Of a stretch of DNA of 64,000 nucleotides, positions 54,629-64,000 are shown in pieces (position 1 is the first letter of the stretch; each line of letters opens with the position of its first letter). Where the stretch lies: assembly GCA_964016885.1 (NCBI GenBank), contig OZ024740.1:101494001-101558000 (forward strand), given 5' to 3'. Source of the stretch: Eledone cirrhosa (Eukaryota). The position numbers and the translations under genes are program-made. The notes below the pieces were generated by a model. The model saw only the letters and a program-made list of their open reading frames with translations. It searched no databases and was not told where the DNA came from.

Positions 54629-55517
54629 TGCTGTTGGCCACAAAAGGTTTCTCTCTAAAAATGAAAGGCAGATTGTATGATGCCTGTATACGAACAGCAA
54701 TGCTACATGGCAGTGAGACATGGGAATTGCATGCAGAGGACCTGCACAGACTGGAAAGGAATGAAGTATGCATGCTCCGTTGGATGTGTAATAGTAATAT
54801 ACGTGAATGGCAAAGCATAAATGAACTAAGTGAGAAATTAGGAATGAGAGGGATTAGATGCTGTTTACTTGAGAGAAGACTATGTTGGTATGGCCACGTA
54901 ATGCGCATGAAAGACGACAGATGTATAAAAAAAGTGCAGGGCGATCAAAATTGACGGAAGTTACAGAGTAGGTAGACCCAGAAAAACCTGGGAGGATTTG
55001 ATAAATTCCGACCTTACACATTTACACCTCTCTAAGACAATGTCTCTGGACCGAGATTTTTGGCGCTATGCAGTAATGCAGAAGACCCGCCTTGCCTATG
55101 TACAAAGTGAAACCTACAGTCAGTAGGCACCTCTTAATCAAATATACACCACAATCCACTACCCCACCCTGTCCTCCCACTCCCACCAACACCACCCTCT
55201 CTCTGTAAAGTTGGTACCACAACATCCAGTCCAAATAAATGAGATAATGAGATCGAGATCGTGTAGGTGTCACAACAAAAAACACACAGTCCACGCTGTA
55301 ATGTGGCCGTGTAGGTAACACGGTAAAAAGTTCCCAGTTCCACACTGTAAATGTGGTTGGCGTTGAGAAGGGCATCTAGCCATAGAAAACCTGCCAGATA
55401 GTCTTATATGAGTGAGACACGGTCACCCGACCAACCTTGCCTCAAGTGGGATAACTCCCGTCTAACCCATGCTAGCTTGGAAGATGGACGTTAAACGAAG
55501 ATGATGATGATGATGAT
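54629..55517 (+). mobile_element. RTE LINE 3' portion (subfamily A)
   Basis: KGRLYDACIRTAMLHGSETW...WYGHVMRM with a frameshift in the A-run near 54930. (TA)n lies on both sides. Confidence 0.93.
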
Positions 55518-56957
55518 ATATATATATATAGGCAAAAGGCAAACAGAAATAACAAAGCAAATGACACAGTACAATGAAGAAATACATTATTAGTTTTATG
55601 CTTGATATAGTAGGAAAAGAGTCTTAACATTTCAGATGCTAGTGTGTGTGTGCATGTCTGCGTGTTTGTATATTTCATATAGAAATGACTTCTACAGGAC
55701 TAGAACTATTACATATATTTGAAGTCATTAGGAATGGCAAATAATTTTGATCAGTTGACTGTCATGCTCATATGTATGTACATACATACAGACAGACAGA
55801 CATGTATATATACATATATATATGTGTGTGTGTATGGTTCAAGTAACTCTTATACATCCTTTTAGTTGGATTTCAAGTAGTGCTGAATTTTGGCTATTTC
55901 CTTATGAATAAATTGAATACAATTGATAATGAATAAAATTAGTGAATATATTTCTCCTATGCTTTTACAGACACAAGCATACAATAGCTGGCAGAAACTT
56001 TAATGCAACAAGAACATCCACAACCAAAATTAAGAACTGTAATACTGAAGTTTGCCATCAGTTACTATACAACTATGTATGGGCACACACACAAGAAATC
56101 TATTACTAATTACATTTACTACTAATTTTATATTTGATGTCACTGTAGACACAAGCATTAGGTAATTAACTGTGCAGTTGGACCTTCATGCATCAAAATC
56201 AACAAGAGAGAAGACCACTATCATAGTCAACTGTGGGCTAACATACTTTGTGTAATGAACCGAAAATAATTCTTAATTAATTGAAATTGTAACTTGTTAG
56301 GAGAAAAATATCATTAGTGTTAATGACAATTTTTGTTAAGAAAGGTAAGGGAGGGTAGTTCAAAATTTAAATTGATTTAAAATTAAATGGAGTAATTCAA
56401 AGAGCAATGAATATGATGAATATGGGTTCAGCTTGACACAGTTTTCAATCATATTACACTCTGTAGATGTATAGTGTATCCTGTATTGTTTTTTCTTTGA
56501 TGAGTCTAATTCTGGCACAGAAATAACAGCCAGATGTAAGGCACACGCGGTGTGCAGCTTCATGGCTTCAAGTGAAATATTGGCTGTTCAATCTTTGCAG
56601 AGCATGTGCTTTATATGTGATGTTGTGCCATAAGGACCTGAACTAACCAAGCTGTTCCAAGTATCTTATGTCATAGGATGACTAAGAAGAGTCAGATCAA
56701 TTGTAAAATTTATTCATTGAAAAGGCTATTCAAAATATTAATGATTTATGTTGACACAGTAGCAGACATTTTGGAAGGGCAAGGAAACAGTCAATTATAT
56801 TGGCTACAGTATTTGTTTTATCAAGCCCAACATGAACAGGCATGTCAATTTTTGCAGGATTTAAACTCCCAATTTAAAAAATCATAACTTAATACCCTCA
56901 TTGTCAGTTGCTCTTCTGATACTGCTTATCTGCTACTCTTAGGCTATTTAAAATAAT

Positions 56958-57474
56958 TGTTTCTACTTTTGGCACAAGGCCAGCAATTACCCAGTGCATT
57001 ACTGGTACTTTATTTTATCGACCCCGTAAGGATGAAAGGCAAAGTCAATCTCGGCGGGATTTGAACTCAGATCATAAAGGGACGTAACTATGCTATTTAA
57101 AATAATTGTTTCTACTTTTGGCACAAGGCCAGCAATTACCCAGTGCATTACTGGTACTTTATTTTATCGACCCCGTAAGGATGAAAGGCAAAGTTAACCT
57201 CGGTGGGATTTGAACTCAGAATGGCAAGGGCCGTCAAAGCATGGCGACCCTCTACCGATACTGCCAATCCACCGCCCTATGCTATTTAAAATAATTGTTT
57301 CTACTTTAGGCACAAGGCCAGCAATTATCCAGTGCATTACTGGTACTTTATTTTATCGACCCCGTAAGGATGAAAGGCAAAGTCAACCTCGGCGGGATTT
57401 GAACTCAGATCATAAAGGGACGTAACTATGCTGGAAAGCATGGCGTCCGACCCTCTACCGATACTGCCAATCCA
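56958..57474 (-). mobile_element. three family 1 SINEs head-to-tail at one target
   Basis: Units start at about 56958, 57107 and 57296, each preceded by CTATTTAAAATAAT. The outer duplication TTAAAATAAT is at 56948-56957 and 57475-57484. Confidence 0.92.
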
Positions 57475-57841
57475 TTAAAATAATGACTCTGAAACATTTC
57501 TTCAGGCTGCCTTTTGCATGAAATATATATAGTCATGTACAGGCTAGCATACATAGTGCAGTGAGGTTTAAATTACACACATAATGAAGAGAAATTCTCT
57601 AGATCATTACCAGCATGTTATGCCTACTTTCCAAGTTGGCATGGCTTGTACTGGATATTCTATTGCTTAAACAGCTGAAAAACTCATTGTCAAAACCAAC
57701 AAAGGTTCATTTCATTCTATTCCTTGTAAAACTAACTCTATGTACAGGTGTTTGGTTAATTGTACCTATCTATCTTCCTGTCCTTCTTCCTCACTACACT
57801 ACTTTAACTGTTACCTTACCTGTATCTGTTTTTGTGATTGT

Positions 57842-58070
57842 TTAACCTGTTAGCATTCACATTACTCTATATTTACTATTGTATTTTCATGGTGAAGGCT
57901 TTATTTCACATAATTGTCTCACTTAATTTCAAATCTATGAGATTTTGATATTATTTATTTTGAGAACAATAAGTTAACATAATTATGAGCAGCCAGTTAA
58001 AGCCAGTTTGAACAGAAAGACGTGAGAGAATTCTGGCTGGATACAGCTGGTTTAAATGCTAAATTGTTAA
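57842..58070. mobile_element. piggyBac-type MITE (inverted sister of 9633-9858)
   Basis: TTAA ends, degenerate TIRs and a collinear reverse-complement body. Confidence 0.8.
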
Positions 58071-58516
58071 AGGATTTTTGTCTAACACTTTGTTTAGTCG
58101 CCTTGCCTTTCTAACTTTTCATCATCTTTCATAACCTTACTTGATTTGTGATACATCTCTCCAAATCCAACCCACATCTTAAATCTTATCTATAATTTCT
58201 ACACTTAGACAAAAGATCAAAGAGATGAAACATTATATTCTATAGTCTTTTAGGTAAATAAATTTTGCCAATTTTTCTGCATTTTATATTAACTGATTTT
58301 TCGCTGACACAGATTCAAGGTTCTGCCGTATTTTAATATTATATCAATATAGTGATAGTTTATTGCTGAATTTAAGTTCATTTTTATACAGACTGTGTGG
58401 TAAAAATTCATGTAACTTAGCAAAGTAGTTGTTAAAATTTAAGCAGCTAAGTAAACTGATTATTAAAATGTTGGCAGCTCATCACTGCATGTATATAATA
58501 CAAACCTCAACATCAG

Positions 58517-58547
<31 letters not shown>

Positions 58548-58639
58548 GGTTTCGTATTTCTGCTGTTTTTGTAATATATTCTTTATGGATGGATCAAACG
58601 CTTGTGATTTGTTTTATGAATTTATTTAATGCTTATCCA

Positions 58640-58850
58640 TTCTATAAGTAGAGTGTATTTGGTTTATTTTGCTGTTTTCTCTTGTTATTTGTTATAACTG
58701 GGAGGTGTAAACTTGTTTTTGTATTGTTCTCTTTGTCTACTAACTTGTTAGGATATCTATTATTGACTTGTTTCTTTAATTCTTTTGATTTCTCTTTGTA
58801 GAACATATTTTGTAGAACAGAATCTATAAGTTTCTTCTTACAAAGTTTTA
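58640..58850 (-). pseudogene. possible PLE RT-thumb fragment
   Basis: [24 protein letters not shown] resembles the 'FxxElxxlkxxLxxNGYPxxxvd' motif. Confidence 0.4.
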
Positions 58851-58916
58851 CACCCACAGACTCACATGCATACACATACATACACACACTTATGCATGTA
58901 TATATATATATATATG

Positions 58917-58986
<70 letters not shown>

Positions 58987-58988
<2 letters not shown>

Positions 58989-59396
58989 GACCTTATCCAA
59001 TTACACCTTTCCAAGGTGATGACACATGACCGTGACCTCTGGCGTCACGCAGTAATACAGAGTACCCGACCTCCCATGGGTACAAGCTGAAGCATATAGA
59101 CAATATGCCCCCACACCCTCCCACTTCAAGGTGGTCGTGGAGGTGCCACGGCAAAAAAGCACCCAGCCCACACTGTAAAGTGGACATGTAGGCGCCACGA
59201 AAAAGCACCCAACACTCACTGGAAATGAGGTTGGTGTTAGGAAGGGCATCCAGCTGTAGAAATCAAGCCAAATCAGTTCCTGTATGAGCAAGGTATGGTC
59301 AGCCGACCAGACACTGCCCACAACAGGACAACCCGTCTAACCCATGCTAGCGTGGAAGAACGGACGTAAAACGGTGATGATGATGATGATGATGAT
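58987..59396 (+). mobile_element. RTE 3' end (subfamily B)
   Basis: Near-identical to 39428-39823 and embedded in (TA)n. Confidence 0.93.
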
Positions 59397-59849
59397 ATAT
59401 ATAAGAGAGAGAGAGAGAAGAATTAATTGAGATTGCATAAATGGGTATATAAATTATATAAATTTACACATTTTTAGTATACAGACATGTTAACATGCTA
59501 AATATAACATATTTCTACTTTGGCTGCGTAGCACACAACTTAACATATTTTAATTAACTACCAACATGAGTGCTAATAACATGTACGTCCTTTTCAAGAT
59601 ACTACTATAAGGATATATAAACCCCTCGATTACATATTTCCTTGTAGTTGTTTAGATGATAGATATGTCATCTGAGAACAACCCAACTAGGTGTTTAACA
59701 TTTTTTCAGTTTACTGGGAAATAGATATATTTGACATATTTATATGCCTATGTTATGTGTAAATTTATATCCACATTTACAGTCTCAGTTACTTCTAATC
59801 AGTATATATACAGACATAACTTTATCATATATATATTTATATACATACA

Positions 59850-59953
59850 TACAGGGTGTCCCCTAAAAATGTATACACACATTGATTACCTGTACAGGTA
59901 ACATTTATTAGAATGCTGTTGAAGTGTGTATTCGTTTTGTAGGACACCTTGTA
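59850..59953. mobile_element. 100-bp Tc1/mariner-type MITE
   Basis: TA-CAGGGTGTCC...GGACACCTTG-TA with ~29-bp imperfect TIRs. Confidence 0.8.
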
Positions 59954-59976
59954 TATATATATGTATGTATATGTAT

Positions 59977-60535
59977 ATCATCATCATCATCATCATCATC
60001 ATTTAACATCCATCTTCCACGCTTGCATGGGTTTGGACGGGAATTTTCCCACTTGAGGCAAGATTGGTTGTCTTGCTTGTATAGGACTGTCTGGCAGGTT
60101 TTCTATGGCTGGATGCCCTTCCTAACACCAACCACGTTTACAGTGTGGACTGGGATGTTTTTACTGTGTTACCTACACAGCCACGTTACAGCGTAGACTG
60201 TGACGTTTTTTTTGTCGTGACACCTACACGACCTCATTTGTTTCGGACTGGATGTTGTGGTTCCAACATAACTTTACATCGAAAGGGGTGGTGTGGATGG
60301 GGTGGGGGTAGTGGGACGGGGGTGTATTTTTGTTAAGAGGTGCCTACTGACTGTAGGTTTCGCTTTGTACTTAGGCAAGGCGGGTCTTCTGTATAACTGT
60401 GTAGCGCCAAAGATCTTGGTCCAGTGACATTGTCTTGGAGAGGTGTAAGTGTGTGAGGTCGGAATTTATCAAGTCGTCCCAGGTTTTTCTGGGTCTGCCT
60501 ACTCCATGGCTACCATCTGTTTTTATCGCCCTGCA
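59977..60535 (-). mobile_element. RTE 3' end (subfamily A)
   Basis: Reverse complement of about 3265-3830, with TA-rich runs on both sides. Confidence 0.93.
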
Positions 60536-61922
60536 TATATATATGTATATATATATATAATGGGAAAGTGGACATTAAAATAATAGATATATATATATAC
60601 ATACATCAACACACACACACCTATATACATGCATATATATTATAGCTGTTGAGCTATACCAATGATTCGAGAGCCCTTTGTATAGCTTCACAGCTGTAAT
60701 ATAATCATCACTATTCATGTGTTGCGTATTGTCTCCTATGTGCTCACAAAAATATCTATGTCTGTGTGTGGGTGTCTATGCTAGAATAATTATTGCTTGT
60801 CCCTTCATTTTTATCTAAAAATTAGGTGATTATGCTATCTGATCACACAAATACAATATATTGGTTATATACTATGAAAGATTAGTGACAGTATGTGATC
60901 ACAAGTCGACATTTTTAATGTATCTTTCTTATAATTCTTGCTGCAATAATGGCAATAATTATTTTCTTAATAATTAATGCCTCTAATAAATACTTTACCC
61001 AGACAATATCACTGAAAAGGTATAGACACATTGATTGATCTATTTATTAATTCCCAGCTATCAACAATGTACTATTTTATAAATTTTGTTATGCTTTGTC
61101 ATAAATGGTTTATGTTTTTCTATATGAAGCAGTTAGCTCCTAAACTTTAGCACAGTAAACAATCTTTGATGAGTTATATATGATATACAAAACAAATCAG
61201 TCTAATCTTCCTTTTTAGCTGCTAAAGTACTTGTGATTTATCCATTGATTCTATCTTCACAATGAGACTAATTGTATTTTAGCATGTTCAAGATCTCAAA
61301 ACAGCATGCAAGGGAGATAACTCCAACAATATCAATTAATCTACATTTTTGGAAACAAGGATTATGCAGTAAGGAATAGATATTGCTTGATAGCCAACTA
61401 GTGAAAGCAATGTGCATGTTTTTATCATATACGATCTCATCAGTGATTTAGATTTGCCTCAGAGGGTTAGCTTAGAATGATCAAATAGATACAGGAAAGG
61501 AGGGAAAATAGTGATGATGCTTATGTGTATCAATAATGGATATAATTTTTTATTCAAATTTGTGTGACCATAAGTTGGTCAGTAAATGTTATTAGGCTAT
61601 ATTTTAAATAAGCAATATAAAGTTCAATGTTATTAAACCTAAGATTAAAGTTCAAGAATTAAGATTCAACTGAGCTAACAGTAATCATAATAATGTCTTG
61701 AAACACCTTGAATGATTGAAAACTAATACATTGTTTAGATGTGAAAAGCACTAGAGAGATGAAATGATAAAGAATAACGTAGGTAGACACATTTCATAAA
61801 TGAGGTCAACGTTTAGTTAAATACTGATGAAGATGGTTGTTGGAAGGAGATTTGACTGCTATTTTCAGCAGATTGAGCAATCAAGTAGAGGCTCTGTTAT
61901 TGATCCAATATATAAATATATA

Positions 61923-62730
61923 TACAAGGTGGTATCAAAAAGTTCCTGGACTAGTTATGTTTTAAAGATATATATGTATATATTTACCTAAGTTTTAACA
62001 TCATCTCCTTTGAAATAGTCACCTTCTGCAGCAATACACCGGTCAAACGGTTCCCTGCTACATTTGGAATGCAGCATGGAAGTCGTTTTCTGTAAACAAG
62101 TCGACGACCTTCTGGCATTGGCTTTGGATCATTGGCAATGGTTTTAAAACAGTGATCTTTGAGCTACATTTTCAGCTTGGAGATTAGATGGAAGTCCGCA
62201 GGTACTAAATTTGGCAAATAGGGTGGGTGCGGAAATGATACAATGTTGTTTTGAGCAAGAAACTCATGACTCAGGAGAATTCAGTGATGGGGTGCATTGT
62301 TGTCGTGAAGAATTCTTCATGTTCCACAGATCCAGTTACCTTCACTGAACATCCTCCCTCAAATGCCTTAAAACGTTGCAATAGAACTCTCAATTGATGG
62401 TCTGGCCTTGGGGGATGAATTCTTGATGCTGCGGCTCTTTGGTCATAAGGTGAAGGGCTTTCCCACCGTGTTGACTGCTTCATCTCAGGGTCGTACCCGT
62501 AGACCTAACTCCCATCACCAGAGGTGATCAGCAGCATGCTGATGGAGATCTTGACAGACTTTAATGCAATGTTCTTTTTGCTCAGTGGTCAGCAGGTGGG
62601 GGACAAACTTGGCAGTGACAAGCTGCATATTCAATTCAGATATTAGCATTACCTGCATGGACCCATACGAGAGACCAACAACATCAGCAACAACATCGTT
62701 GATTCTCCTCCAATGATCCTCGTGCATACG
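61923..62730 (-). mobile_element. mariner transposon remnant (transposase pseudogene plus one TIR)
   Basis: VGLSYGSMQVML..ELNM..V.AKFVPHLLT.EQK, VYGYDPE.KQS..W and C-terminal RCIAAEGDYF. TA-CAAGGTGGTATCAAAAAGTTCC terminus. Confidence 0.9.
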
Positions 62731-63587
62731 TTGATTAATTAAAAACGGGATGTTAAATGGTGATAATGATGATATATGTATGTGTATATATGTGTGTATA
62801 GGGCAGTAATTAGAGGCTGTGTCTTCTATTTTTCTGCTTTCTTTTTCTTTTAGTTTGTTATGTCTGATATGTGTAGAGGTGATTGTTTTATAGTGTTAAA
62901 GGATGGGTACAAATGGAAATAGTTTCCTTGGAGAGATGTTATGCCAGGCAGTAGAAGGGCTTAGTCTTTGTATTACTGCCTCAAAAATATGCCTTCTTCC
63001 ACTGAGAATGGAAGTGTCCCTTTGTAGCCCCAGACATTCAGGTTAACTACTTATAGGGATTGAAATAGGGATTTCCAAAAAATTTTGAATTGTGGTCTTC
63101 CCTACCCCTAAAGCAATAGAGGGTCAAACTAGAATGGTCACAAATTGACAGGCTGAGTTCCTTGAAATTTATTATAGGTGTTTCTTTAGCAACTTAACAA
63201 AGTTTACATTTAATGAGATAATCAATTTTTGCTTCTTGTTATTGTGGGTAGGATTAATTCTTTTATAAACAGATTTGGGAGATATATAATTTTTAGCTGC
63301 ATGTTTATTAATAGACACACATAGTTTAACCTCCCAGTGGAATGTACATCCAATAGTTAAACCACATTCTTATTTCTCTCTGAACAGAAAAGAAAGAGCT
63401 CAATCTGACTATTTTCAGCCTTTTCTGCAACTTCATCAGAGATAAATTATTCATTTCTCTGACCACGGAGAGAGTAACAGCCTATAGCTATTTATAGCAT
63501 TTACAAACTCAGGGAGAACTGAATTAGTTTACCCTAATTTGCATATCATTGGTAATGTACATTAATTAATTAATTAATATAATTGTA

Positions 63588-64000
63588 GCTTGGAAGTGTC
63601 ACTACGAAAGGCTTCTAAATGAGGAGAACAAATGGGAGAAAGACAGTCTCCCCCACATCGACCCAATAGAGGGACCAGCAGTGTTAGTCCAGGGTAGTAC
63701 AATAAGCAAGGCAATCAAAGATATGAAGACGGGTAAGGCGGCTGGTCCTTCGGAAATAGTTGCTGAGATGCTGAAGGCATCTGGTTCGGTGGGACACACC
63801 ATGGTCACCCGGATAGTTAACCAAGTCGTACAGAATGGGGTTGTTCCGAAGGACTGGCGTAGCAGCATCATCGTTAACTGCTATAAGGGAAAAGGAGATG
63901 CCCTAGATAGGAGTAACTATAGAGGCATTAAATTAATCGACCAGGTCATGAAGGTCACGGAAAAAGTAATAGCGCAACTAATCAGAGAGAGAATTGATCT
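63588..64000 (+). mobile_element. RTE LINE, 5'-truncated, open frame running off the window end
   Basis: AWKCHYERLLNEE...MKTGKAAGPS...NYRGIKLIDQVMKV is collinear with 37771-38185. Confidence 0.93.

Noticed and set aside
56537-56556. TAAGGCACACGCGGTG resembles miR-124
   Set aside because: It has a 2-nt insertion after the seed, a divergent 3' end and no complementary star arm.

Overview
AT-rich eukaryotic non-coding DNA packed with (TA)n, (ATC)n and (CA)n microsatellites. The repeat repertoire resembles coleoid cephalopod (octopus-like) genomes; this is an inference from sequence style only. I find no intact host protein-coding gene: nearly every ORF in the track is a transposon remnant, its antisense, or a microsatellite artefact. 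Recognisable content: many RTE-clade LINE copies (longest 37283-39823, with a PHD finger inside the RT), two Tx1/L1-like LINE remnants, Penelope-like elements (PLEs) including a GIY-YIG-bearing Naiad/Neptune-type 3' half, a non-coding LTR element with a tRNA-Trp PBS, a mariner remnant, piggyBac and Tc1/mariner MITEs, and several tRNA-derived SINE families. The most interesting layer is RNA structure. There are at least six readable type I hammerhead ribozyme motifs in PLE-like termini, a 2.3-kb non-coding hammerhead element whose inverted 5' block reads as a tail-to-head junction and which carries a duplicated three-way-junction motif, and a 113-bp-arm palindrome containing two hammerheads. 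Many younger retroelements sit inside (TA)n tracts, producing an ~8-kb nest at 36.8-45.0 kb. All structure and family calls were made by eye, and boundaries of degenerate elements are approximate.
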